From NCBI RefSeq assembly GCF_947494755.1, contig NZ_CANLVZ010000008.1, positions 50,739-114,738 of the forward strand: a DNA stretch of 64,000 nt, in the 5' to 3' direction. This document shows, piece by piece, positions 39,783-48,327 of the stretch; within the stretch, counting starts at the first letter, position 1; the number at the start of each line of letters is the position of its first letter. The notes under the pieces are model-generated. The model was not told where the DNA came from and made no database searches. It saw nothing but the letters and a program-made list of their open reading frames with translations. The DNA comes from an uncultured Tateyamaria sp. Its GTDB lineage: Bacteria > Pseudomonadota > Alphaproteobacteria > Rhodobacterales > Rhodobacteraceae. Position numbers and translations under genes: made by a program.

Positions 39783-40913
39783 ATGCAGACGCTCATGTCT
39801 GCTGATCCCGCCCTCACCCTGTTTGCGATCACTTTGCCCGGCCTTGAGGCCACGCTGGCGGACGAGGCCCGTGCTGCGGGCTTTGATGTCCGCAACATCA
39901 CTCCGGGCGGTGTGACACTGGCGGGAGATTGGCCCGAGCTCTGGCGCGCCAACCTCGAGCTGCGGGGCGCAACCCGCATCCTTGTGCGGATCGGTGAATT
40001 CATGGCCTTTCATCTGGCCCAACTCGACAAACGCGCCCGCAAGTTTCCGTGGGGCGACGTGCTGCGCGCAGATGTCCCGATCCGGGTCGAGGTCGCAACC
40101 TCTCGCAAATCCAAGATTTACCACGCAGGTGCAGCGACCAAACGGATCGAGACCGCTCTGATCGAAAGCGCCGGTATGCAGGTTGCAGCGGATGCGCCCG
40201 TGACGCTCAAGGTCCGCATTGACGACAATCGCGTGATCCTAAGCGTGGATACGTCCGGCGACCCGTTGCACAAGCGCGGGCACAAAACGGCGGTGGGCAA
40301 GGCCCCCATGCGCGAAACGCTGGCTGCGATGTTCCTGCACCAATGCGGTTTTGACGGTTCGCAACCGGTCTTTGACCCGATGTGTGGGTCGGGCACATTC
40401 GTGATCGAAGCGGCAGAGATTGCAGCCAACCTTCAGGCGGGCCGCGCGCGCCACTTTGCGTTTGAGCAGTTCGCTGGCTTTGATCCCGCCGCCTTTGCGG
40501 CACTGCGCACCCATGCCCGGCGCAACACACCACAGGCGCAATTTTATGGATCAGACCGCGATCAAGGGGTCATTGGAATGGCCACCTCCAACGCTGAACG
40601 GGCCGCGGTCTCTGATCTGGCCACGTTCCAGACCGCCAATGCCGGCGAGATCACCCCACCCGAGGGCCCAAGCGGTATCGTGATCGTCAACCCGCCCTAT
40701 GGGGCGCGGATCGGCAACAAGAAGGCGCTGTATCCGGTTTACGGACGGCTCGGGCAAGTTTTGCGCGAACGGTTCAGCGGCTGGCGCGTGGGCATTGTGA
40801 CCAGCGAAGGCGGATTGGCGAACGCGACCGATCTGCCGTTCTTGCCGGACGGTCCGACAATCGCGCATGGCGGATTGCGGATCCGCCTGTATCGTACCGA
40901 TCCCCTGCCCTGA
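39783..40913 (+). CDS. THUMP-domain class I SAM-dependent RNA methyltransferase (RlmL/COG0116-like)
   Basis: 376 aa. SAM motif DPMCGSGTFVIEAA and catalytic NPPYG. Confidence 0.8.
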   Translation: MQTLMSADPALTLFAITLPGLEATLADEARAAGFDVRNITPGGVTLAGDWPELWRANLELRGATRILVRIGEFMAFHLAQLDKRARKFPWGDVLRADVPIRVEVATSRKSKIYHAGAATKRIETALIESAGMQVAADAPVTLKVRIDDNRVILSVDTSGDPLHKRGHKTAVGKAPMRETLAAMFLHQCGFDGSQPVFDPMCGSGTFVIEAAEIAANLQAGRARHFAFEQFAGFDPAAFAALRTHARRNTPQAQFYGSDRDQGVIGMATSNAERAAVSDLATFQTANAGEITPPEGPSGIVIVNPPYGARIGNKKALYPVYGRLGQVLRERFSGWRVGIVTSEGGLANATDLPFLPDGPTIAHGGLRIRLYRTDPLP

Positions 40914-40917
40914 CAGC

Positions 40918-40940
40918 GTAAGGCGGAGGTGTCCTCCGCC
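40918..40940. repeat. REP-like hairpin, family 1
   Basis: GTAAGGCGGAGGTGTCCTCCGCC, 5 nt after the methyltransferase stop. Identical to the copy at 37163-37184. Confidence 0.8.
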
Positions 40941-40948
40941 CCCGTCAA

Positions 40949-41596
40949 TCACTTGGATTGCCACGTCCCCAACCAGCGACGGAACCGACCGCGCCGGTCC
41001 TGAACCGCGTCTCCTGCGGCCTCCCAACTGTCCTGCAATTCCTCGATCTTTGGGTCGATCCGTGCGCGACGGAACCGACGCCAGCGCACCCAAATCCCAT
41101 AGAACAGGGCGGCCAGCAGGGTCAGCACAATGATGTTCACCCATGGGATACCCTTGGACGCATCAGGCCCTTCGACCTCACGGATCGAAATCGCATTGGG
41201 AAACACCGTCAGGAATTCGTTGCGCCACCCGTAATGGGTGATGACGTACCATTCCGGGGCCGCGCGGGTCGAAATCGCATCGTTGGCCTCCGTATAGAGG
41301 TTGGCCGTGTCGAATTTGAAATAGGGCGGCCAGCTCCAGCCCGTGTCTTCGTTGCGATAGACGATGGGTTTGCCGTTGGCCCGAACCGCTTGCAGGAACT
41401 GGACGTCTCGGTTGACCAGCGTGTCGGATTGTTCATCCGGGCGCGACCAGAACATGCGGGTCCAGTCGCTCAGGTCTTGGCGTTCCTCATAGGTGTTCAC
41501 AAAGCGCACGATGTCGCGTTGCGGCAGCGTGTAGTGCAGGAACGCCCCCAACCCGACCCAGAAAATGATCAGCAAAGTCCAACCGATATAGCGCAT
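40949..41596 (-). CDS. DUF1523-like membrane protein (last gene of the nine-gene operon)
   Basis: ATG at 41596 (the track start at 41608 is TTG). N-terminal and C-terminal TM helices flank an about 150-aa domain. The family name is from memory. Confidence 0.55.
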   Translation of the reverse strand: MRYIGWTLLIIFWVGLGAFLHYTLPQRDIVRFVNTYEERQDLSDWTRMFWSRPDEQSDTLVNRDVQFLQAVRANGKPIVYRNEDTGWSWPPYFKFDTANLYTEANDAISTRAAPEWYVITHYGWRNEFLTVFPNAISIREVEGPDASKGIPWVNIIVLTLLAALFYGIWVRWRRFRRARIDPKIEELQDSWEAAGDAVQDRRGRFRRWLGTWQSK

Positions 41597-41608
41597 CAAG
41601 GTCCCCAA

Positions 41609-41872
41609 TCAGGCAAAGTTCACGAGATAGATGGTAAGGCACACCAGCGCCATAGGCACGATATAAACCCCCCAGATCAGTTTACGACGCAGCGACCCGT
41701 CGTAGTCCTGCAGACCTTCGCGCACGAAAGCATCGCGCGGCATGGTCTTGTCGCTTTCGTCCCATTCGCCCTCCAACCGGGCGCGTGCCCGCGCTCGCGA
41801 ATACAGCGACAGGCTGAGGTAAACGATGCTGAGCACCACAAAGGCGATAAAAAACAATCGGATCAAAGCCAT
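41609..41872 (-). CDS. Small 2-TM membrane protein (87 aa)
   Basis: Strong RBS GAGGAGG inside the end of the upstream gene, 3-nt gap. Two hydrophobic helices separated by a charged loop. Confidence 0.5.
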   Translation of the reverse strand: MALIRLFFIAFVVLSIVYLSLSLYSRARARARLEGEWDESDKTMPRDAFVREGLQDYDGSLRRKLIWGVYIVPMALVCLTIYLVNFA

Positions 41873-41875
41873 ATC

Positions 41876-43210
41876 TTACCTCCTCACAGCGCCCCACGGC
41901 CCGACACGTTCGATCAGATCCCGGGGTTTTGGTTGCGGTTCCGTCAAGGGCGCGTCGTGGCCGAACAGGGCTTCGCGCGCACCCGCTTTGTCGGCCTTGT
42001 ACTCGGCTTCGAGATAGCGCGCGACATATTCCTTCTGCCGCTCGGGCCACGTGGCATAGGCCGCGTAAAATGCCTGTTTGTGACAGATGAACAGCTGGCG
42101 CACATCAAGGGGCGACAGTTCCGACAGCAACATATTCACCAGCGCATGATCCGGCGTATCGGCCGCCCGCAATGTGTAGAAATAGGCCGGGTGGTCCGAC
42201 GAAATGCGCGGCCATGACCCGCCGTTCTCCGCCCAGTTCACCAGTGCGGCCAACCCATGAAACGCCTCCGGCAACAGATCCGAGTGCCGCCGCGCCAACA
42301 TCCGCATATCGCGCCGCGTGGTGCCTGCCAGATCAACGCCCGCTGCCGTCACGGCTGCAACAAGGATGAAGTCCATCTTCTGACGCAGGATCGCGGCCCC
42401 GTCGATGCCGCGCGCCTTGACCACAGGTTCGACCAGGTCATTGAACTCGAGGAACTTGGCGATCCGGTTCCGCTCGGTCAGATCGAACGTGTATTTGGTG
42501 GGCAAATCGTCAGGCTTATCCCCGACTGCAATGGTGGCCGGGTGATCAACCGACTGGAACACATAAAGCCCACCGAAATGCGCCGTCCAGAAATTGCCCT
42601 GCTCGACCTTCAGCGGTTTCAACTGCACAGGATTGCGCGTCACATCCCCGGTTTGGCCTGCAAGCGTGATCATCTCGCCGATCAGAACATCGTCAAACCA
42701 CGCATCCTCTTGGGTCAGAAACGTGTCGACCTTGGCCGCAAGGTCAGCCGCATTGCGCACCGTGCCCATGGTCGTATCCGCCTCGACCGTGATGGCGCGA
42801 ATGTCGAACAGCCGCTTGGGGTCCTTCAGATCATAGATCGAATTAATCAACTCCCCGGCCACTGCATCGCGGGCCGTAAGCGCAAACAAGGCCGCCTCGT
42901 TTTCCGCAATAAACCGTTGCAGGATCGGCAGCGAGGTCGAGAATTTGGCATCCAGCAACGGGCAATTGCGCTGCTCCGTGCTTAGTAGGATGAACTGTCG
43001 ATTGACCCCATTGTGGTTGAGGTAGAGCGGGTCGTTGAGGTCATTGCCCACCTCGGGCGAGAAGCCAGAGATGTCGATGTAGAAATCAGTGAGTGTCGTG
43101 GTTTGCCCAGTCAGATGCTTGAGCGCACGGTTATAGCGGTCGACCAGCGCGGGCGAGGCGACATGGAAGAGGTTGCCGTACATGAGACCAGATTGGATGA
43201 GGCGGATCAT
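41876..43210 (-). CDS. Hypothetical 444-aa soluble protein, no family recognised
   Basis: Long ORF with codon usage like its neighbours. ATGA overlap with the upstream small gene. Confidence 0.6.
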   Translation of the reverse strand: MIRLIQSGLMYGNLFHVASPALVDRYNRALKHLTGQTTTLTDFYIDISGFSPEVGNDLNDPLYLNHNGVNRQFILLSTEQRNCPLLDAKFSTSLPILQRFIAENEAALFALTARDAVAGELINSIYDLKDPKRLFDIRAITVEADTTMGTVRNAADLAAKVDTFLTQEDAWFDDVLIGEMITLAGQTGDVTRNPVQLKPLKVEQGNFWTAHFGGLYVFQSVDHPATIAVGDKPDDLPTKYTFDLTERNRIAKFLEFNDLVEPVVKARGIDGAAILRQKMDFILVAAVTAAGVDLAGTTRRDMRMLARRHSDLLPEAFHGLAALVNWAENGGSWPRISSDHPAYFYTLRAADTPDHALVNMLLSELSPLDVRQLFICHKQAFYAAYATWPERQKEYVARYLEAEYKADKAGAREALFGHDAPLTEPQPKPRDLIERVGPWGAVRR

Positions 43211-43503
43211 GATGCGGCCCTGCCCAACCTAAAAATCAGTGCCGCGGCCAGTGCAATCGCCGGAACCGCGAAGGCCCGATAGCTGATCTGTAAATTGAAC
43301 CCGATATACGCCACCCACGACCCGTTAAAGAGCAAGAGAGAGTCCTCAATCGACTCCCCGGCAAAGCCTGTCGCGGCATTGATCGTGACCTGCACCACGA
43401 ACAAAACCAACGCGCCGCTCAGAAAGCCAAGGACGCCCCAGTGCAACGGCAATACACAACCCAACACCAGCGCCAAAGCAGATATCCATAGCACCAGCAT
43501 CAT
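43207..43503 (-). CDS. Small 3-TM membrane protein (98 aa)
   Basis: Start trimmed to MMLVLWISALALVLG (the longer track ORF overlaps the ATPase gene). ATGA overlap with the downstream gene. Confidence 0.45.
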   Translation of the reverse strand: MMLVLWISALALVLGCVLPLHWGVLGFLSGALVLFVVQVTINAATGFAGESIEDSLLLFNGSWVAYIGFNLQISYRAFAVPAIALAAALIFRLGRAAS

Positions 43504-43537
43504 GGTAAATACCGCTCGTTGACATGCGGCTCGGCGC

Positions 43538-45472
43538 TCACGTCTTACTCTCCAACCACCGTTTCTTCGCCGCTTCCTGCCGCCCGAAGTCGCGCACCAT
43601 TGCCTCCACGGCCACCTCATCCGACTTGTCCGCATAGCGGAATTCGCTGTCGGCGTAGCGGTTGATTTCCTGCACCACCATGTCGACCGTGATGGGCACG
43701 CGCAGCTCTGAAATCATCGACTTCTTGGTGTCGTAGTCGTGGAACAGGAACAACTCGGGGTCCTCCATCCACTCATCGGGCAGCTCAAAATCCATCGCCC
43801 GGACCTTGACCGCATCGGTGATATTCTTGATCGCACGGCCCGTGAACCGGTCATCCGCTTCCTGAATCGCCTTTAGGTAAGTGCCCAGTTTCGCAATCGT
43901 ATCCAGCGCGCCCACCTGCGCATCGACCCGGTCAAACACCTCCATCAACCCCGGTTCGTGCGGGCGGGAATGAGACTCGAAACTGGCGGCGACGGCTTTC
44001 TTGATTTCTTGCGCTGAAAACACCTCATGCGCGCCAAGCGGGATGTCGTGGTTCTTGCCCATCAACAGATAGAGGATGTCGATGTAGTCCTCGCGCGTCT
44101 GCGGCCCATCCACCAGAAACCGCGCCCCGGCCCGCTGGCGCAGCGCATCGTCAACATTCTCAGGGTAGTTCGAGAACATGCCAAAGGTGCAGTTGCCGCG
44201 CACGACGGTGTTGGCCCCGGCAAAGCTTTCCATCAGTACGGCGGTGATTTCGAGTTGCCCGGCGCTGGATTGCCGGTCGCCCCGCTTGCCCGCCAATTGG
44301 TCGATATCGTCGATGGTGCCAAAGCCGATCACGGACGGATCAAGCACATTGTTGATGAACGCCTTGGCGTTCTGACCCGACTTGCCCTGATAGCTGTCGA
44401 TGTTGTCGGTAGAGAGGTTCTGATAGCGAAACGGATAGCCTGCGACCTGACAATAATCATTCAGCAGCCCTGCCATCATCTGGATCAGCGTCGTCTTGCC
44501 CGTGCCCGGTTTGCCATCGCCCATGAAGGTAAAGATAAACCCGCCCAGTTCTGCAAACGGGTTTAGACGGCGATCAAAGTCGTAAGCCATCAACATCTTG
44601 GCCAGTTTCATGGCCTGATATTTGGCGATGTGGTTGCCCACGACCTCATGCGGCTTCTTGAAGGTCATGGTCAGGGTGGAGGACTTCGCCTTGGACGCCG
44701 GCGAGAACCCCTGAACCGTGAAATCATCCGCCTCGACATGCCAGCTTGCATTCAGGAATGCCTCAAGCCGAGGGGCGTTCTGCGCGCGCAAGGCAACCTT
44801 TTCCATCAACGCCTCGGCATAGGCAGCCACACAGGCCACCAGATGCACGTCGTCCGGCGCATAGGTCTGAATGTTGCGGTCAAGTTCCCACAAGGCCCCA
44901 TGCAGGGCGGTTTGGCCATTGTCGGTCAACACCTCTTCGACCTCGCCCACCTCTACGACTGTTTCCGACTGATGCGCAGACAGAAGGTACGCGGTCGCAT
45001 TGGCAAAAACGTAAAGGGTGATCAACGCCTCTGCCGCCAGTAGTTCGGCAAACTCAGCCTTGCGCGCGGCGGGCAAAGCCCCCTCAAGATTGGCGCGCTT
45101 GAGGTCCCCCAACCCAGACACGGCCGCGTAATTCTCGGCCACAGCCAGCGCGATCGACACCGCCCGGCGCAGCGCATTCAAAACCGTCGCCTGCATCGGT
45201 GAGACCAGCGCATCGTCATCATCCGCCCCTTCGATTGTGGCCATCAACTGCACTGCACCTGTGGGCACGGACCGGCGGGTCACAAGGCCCGGGGTGGTCG
45301 TGCGAAATCGACGGCGGGTTCCGATGCCGGACGACCGCTCGGGCGCTGCTGCAACCTCGGCCTTGCCGATCCGCGGCGCGTGGTCAAACCCCTGCAACAG
45401 CGCCAGAGCCACCGGGTAATGCGCGACAATCTCGGCCTCACGCAACTCCATCTGATCCGACGTCTGGCTCAT
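43538..45472 (-). CDS. AAA+ ATPase, classical AAA clade, with about 330-aa unknown N-terminal domain
   Basis: ATG at 45472 preceded by GAGGGA. Walker A GKPGTGKTT, Walker B IGFGTIDDID, second-region-of-homology-like SNYPENVDDALRQRAGARF. Confidence 0.8.
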   Translation of the reverse strand: MSQTSDQMELREAEIVAHYPVALALLQGFDHAPRIGKAEVAAAPERSSGIGTRRRFRTTTPGLVTRRSVPTGAVQLMATIEGADDDDALVSPMQATVLNALRRAVSIALAVAENYAAVSGLGDLKRANLEGALPAARKAEFAELLAAEALITLYVFANATAYLLSAHQSETVVEVGEVEEVLTDNGQTALHGALWELDRNIQTYAPDDVHLVACVAAYAEALMEKVALRAQNAPRLEAFLNASWHVEADDFTVQGFSPASKAKSSTLTMTFKKPHEVVGNHIAKYQAMKLAKMLMAYDFDRRLNPFAELGGFIFTFMGDGKPGTGKTTLIQMMAGLLNDYCQVAGYPFRYQNLSTDNIDSYQGKSGQNAKAFINNVLDPSVIGFGTIDDIDQLAGKRGDRQSSAGQLEITAVLMESFAGANTVVRGNCTFGMFSNYPENVDDALRQRAGARFLVDGPQTREDYIDILYLLMGKNHDIPLGAHEVFSAQEIKKAVAASFESHSRPHEPGLMEVFDRVDAQVGALDTIAKLGTYLKAIQEADDRFTGRAIKNITDAVKVRAMDFELPDEWMEDPELFLFHDYDTKKSMISELRVPITVDMVVQEINRYADSEFRYADKSDEVAVEAMVRDFGRQEAAKKRWLESKT

Positions 45473-45541
45473 CTCTGTCCCTCTTTCATTGTTCTTCAAA
45501 TACTCCCGCCGGAGGCTCTACAGCCCGGCGCGCGCATCCGT

Positions 45542-46660
45542 TCAATACCGCAACACTCGGCCCGTCGGGCTGACCACAAACTTGCGCACCGACGCAAATC
45601 CCGGTGGCCCCATTTCCTCAAGCGCCTGATAGACCCGGGCGGGCAACACGATGCTGCGCTCCATCCGGGTGGCGCCGGTTTCCGCGCCCCGCCCCGCAAA
45701 CGGATCCAGCGCGAACACCTGCCGCTCAACAGACGAAAACCAGCCCGACCGTTCGGTCATCACCCGTTCGGAGCGTAAATCCTCTTCGGTCCAGACCAGC
45801 GACCAATCCTGCCCTTCCGGCGCGCGCGCCGCCTCAAGCACTTGCGAAATCGGCCCCGACTGCTTGGTGAAGGCCGAGGAATACATCGGCCCCACATGAA
45901 ACCGGCGCAGCCGCTTGGGGTGCAGGTCGTCAAAATCCTCGTCAAAGCCTTTGGCAATTGTCACCAGTTTCAACCCGCCGAGTGCCTGCGCCATCAAATG
46001 CGCCTGCGCTTCGGGCCAGCGGCGCTGATCCTTGGGCAAGGCGGTGCGCCCGGTGTCCTCGACATCCATCATGTAGATCACGGGCAGGTTGACCTGACTG
46101 TCATAGACCGCCCAGTGCAGGCGGAACGTGCGCCTTTCTTCGGTGAGATTGCCCGTCCAGACCGCCTGTGGATCATTGCGCGGCCAGAACAACTGCCCAC
46201 GCAGCAACTCTTCGTAATAGAGCCGCTGCGACATCGCGAATTGCAGCTTGGTTGGCACCACCCGTTCGCCGACAATCACTTCGACCATCTGTTTTTTCAG
46301 CTCGTGCGCCGAGGGCATGCCCGCCAGATGGCGCTCGGCCTGTTGGGTGTCGCTGGCCATCGTGATGATCTCGTCCGCGGCCGGAAAGCCGCTCTCGTGC
46401 GCGTCAATGGAAAGCGAGCCAAAGAACCGGCCTGTATCCCGCCCCACCAGCAGGTATTTCAGGGATAGGGCGCGAAAAGTGAACGTCAGTTCGGTGATAT
46501 AGCGGGTCAGGATCTTGACCTCGGCCCGGTCCAGATTGCCGTCGGCCTCCATGACTCCGGCGACACGACCCAGATGCGAGATGATCGTCTCGAACTTGCG
46601 GAAATAGCGGCGCGAGGCGAAGAGATCCGTGAGGCCTATGGTCTCGGATTGTGTCAACAT
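45542..46660 (-). CDS. Hypothetical 372-aa soluble protein, no family recognised
   Basis: Long ORF in operon context. The start overlaps the upstream small ORF by 7 nt. Confidence 0.6.
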   Translation of the reverse strand: MLTQSETIGLTDLFASRRYFRKFETIISHLGRVAGVMEADGNLDRAEVKILTRYITELTFTFRALSLKYLLVGRDTGRFFGSLSIDAHESGFPAADEIITMASDTQQAERHLAGMPSAHELKKQMVEVIVGERVVPTKLQFAMSQRLYYEELLRGQLFWPRNDPQAVWTGNLTEERRTFRLHWAVYDSQVNLPVIYMMDVEDTGRTALPKDQRRWPEAQAHLMAQALGGLKLVTIAKGFDEDFDDLHPKRLRRFHVGPMYSSAFTKQSGPISQVLEAARAPEGQDWSLVWTEEDLRSERVMTERSGWFSSVERQVFALDPFAGRGAETGATRMERSIVLPARVYQALEEMGPPGFASVRKFVVSPTGRVLRY

Positions 46661-46914
46661 CCCCCACCACTATCACCGCCGGTCGATCCACCGCCACCAG
46701 CCCAAAACTGTTGGCCACTTCGGTCAGCTTCAACATTTGATGCGCCGAGCCAAACCAAGGCAAACAACGTCAACGCAATGCCCGGCAGATAGCCCCACCA
46801 TGGCGCCTCGAAAAAATGGGTGCCGAAGAGTGCGAGCAGTGCACCGGCCAGAAACAGCACCCGCCGCAACATTTGACGTCCAGGACTAGCTTGTTTGGAT
46901 CGTGACAGCGTCAT
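46654..46914 (-). CDS. Small 2-TM membrane protein with Gly-rich tail (86 aa)
   Basis: The start abuts the stop of the preceding 48-aa ORF, and GGAGG/AAGGG lie upstream. Two hydrophobic helices, then ...WAGGGGSTGGDSGGGC. Confidence 0.4.
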   Translation of the reverse strand: MTLSRSKQASPGRQMLRRVLFLAGALLALFGTHFFEAPWWGYLPGIALTLFALVWLGASNVEADRSGQQFWAGGGGSTGGDSGGGC

Positions 46915-47061
46915 TCAGCCCTTGCGCCTCCGGCTGAGCAGAAACAACCCCGCAATCCCGGCCACCAGCCCCACGCCGTTCACCCACAAGGGCGCGCCGA
47001 AGGCCATCGACCCCACAAGGCATAACACTGAAACCGCGACACAGATCAGGCCGAGTTTCAT
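46915..47061 (-). CDS. Small 2-TM membrane protein (48 aa), not in the supplied ORF track
   Basis: My translation is MKLGLICVAVSVLCLVGSMAFGAPLWVNGVGLVAGIAGLFLLSRRRKG. GGAGG lies 7 nt upstream of the ATG. 3-nt gap from the upstream stop. Confidence 0.4.
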   Translation of the reverse strand: MKLGLICVAVSVLCLVGSMAFGAPLWVNGVGLVAGIAGLFLLSRRRKG

Positions 47062-47064
47062 GGC

Positions 47065-48141
47065 CTAACCTCCATACGCATTGCTGTCGTGTTTCTCGAC
47101 AATCTGCGCGAACCGGCGGGCAAAGCGTTCGTCGGCCTTGGCCTTTTGCTCCAGGACATCACGGGCGAACACCATGTGATCCTCGTGCGCCTCAAGCATG
47201 TCGGCCATCCGTTTGTTGGTCGCCGCACCAATCCCGGCCATAGCCGTTTGCGCCTCCTGATCCGTCTGCACGCCGATCTCGTTGATGCGGTGAGCGACGT
47301 CCTGCTGCTGCGCGGTTTTCAACGATTTGGTGAGGGCGTCATAGAGCACCACGCGTTGCTTCGTGTCCGTCTGCAACTTGTTGATCAGCACCATCTGGGT
47401 CGCCGCCTGATTCTGTAACGAGTCGATCCAGGTTTTGCCCTTTTCGATGTAGCGTTCCAGCGTTTGGGACTTGGCGAGCTTAACCTGTTCGTCCTGCACC
47501 ATCTGGTTATAAGCGCTGTTCATCTCTGCCAGCTCAGTCTCGAGTGCTGTGCGTTTGGCCGCATCGGTTTCGGAAGCGATCTGGTTTTCCAGCGTGATGA
47601 TCTTGGGGTCCATTCCTTGTATTTCACCTTGCAGGGCCGCAAGTTCCTGCACCGTCATTTCACGCTCATCCAGTGTTTCAGTCAGGTTGCCCTCAACCTT
47701 GACCTTCTGCTCTTCGAGCATGGTCAACTGGCCTTGCAGCAGCTGCACGATCACGTCGGATTTCGAAATCAGGTCCTGCAACTTGTCGTCAATCGAGGCA
47801 GTGCGCACGCGCTCTTGGCGCATGCTGTCGGACTTGGCCTTGGAGAATATCCCAATGAAGGACTCCATCCCCGTCTTGTTGCGCATTTCGTCAAAGTCTT
47901 TGGAAAAGGCCGCAGTGACGTCATCAAGGCCCATGATCAGCTCGGCGATATTGGCGTTCATCACGTCCGTATGGGCGTGCACGTCATCCAAGGTCGCATT
48001 TTCGATGTCGATGGCGATATCGTCGCCCGATTTCATCTTGGACCGCGCCACCTCGATCCGGCTGGTCAGTTCGGCAATCTTGGTTTGCGCCTCGGCCACC
48101 TGCGCTTGGGACTCGCGCACCTGACTGTCAAAATCGGCCAT
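47065..48141 (-). CDS. 358-aa all-helical coiled-coil protein (first gene of the operon); TelA-like architecture possible
   Basis: Only the part from MADFDSQVRESQ (ATG at 48141, RBS GAGGGGAG) is coding-like. The upstream part of the 524-aa track ORF is antisense to tetR. Heptad-rich, Glu/Gln/Leu-rich. Confidence 0.65.
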   Translation of the reverse strand: MADFDSQVRESQAQVAEAQTKIAELTSRIEVARSKMKSGDDIAIDIENATLDDVHAHTDVMNANIAELIMGLDDVTAAFSKDFDEMRNKTGMESFIGIFSKAKSDSMRQERVRTASIDDKLQDLISKSDVIVQLLQGQLTMLEEQKVKVEGNLTETLDEREMTVQELAALQGEIQGMDPKIITLENQIASETDAAKRTALETELAEMNSAYNQMVQDEQVKLAKSQTLERYIEKGKTWIDSLQNQAATQMVLINKLQTDTKQRVVLYDALTKSLKTAQQQDVAHRINEIGVQTDQEAQTAMAGIGAATNKRMADMLEAHEDHMVFARDVLEQKAKADERFARRFAQIVEKHDSNAYGG

Positions 48142-48301
48142 AAAATTCTCCCCTCGTATCAATGTGTTGAGAAACATATAGGCAATGTAACACGCATTTA
48201 CATCATCTACTGTCCCGAATTCCTCCAAACTGTTGCAAAACCATCCCGAGAAATAAAGCGCCAAGCCGGGGTTTTCGTCTCTCGCCTGCGGCTGTATGGC
48301 T

Positions 48302-48314
48302 TGAACGCGGTTCA
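48302..48314. promoter_or_regulatory. Operator-like dyad TGAAC-GCG-GTTCA upstream of tetR
   Basis: Perfect 5+5 inverted repeat 14 nt upstream of the tetR ATG, inside the divergent intergenic region. Confidence 0.6.
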
Positions 48315-48327
48315 CACAGGGGCAAAC

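Noticed and set aside
47065-48141. Calling the coiled-coil protein TelA (toxic anion resistance) or a second PspA/ESCRT-III homolog.
   Set aside because: Only a loose resemblance in length and helical architecture can be seen by eye, and no diagnostic motif. I left it as a hypothesis to test by profile search rather than an annotation.
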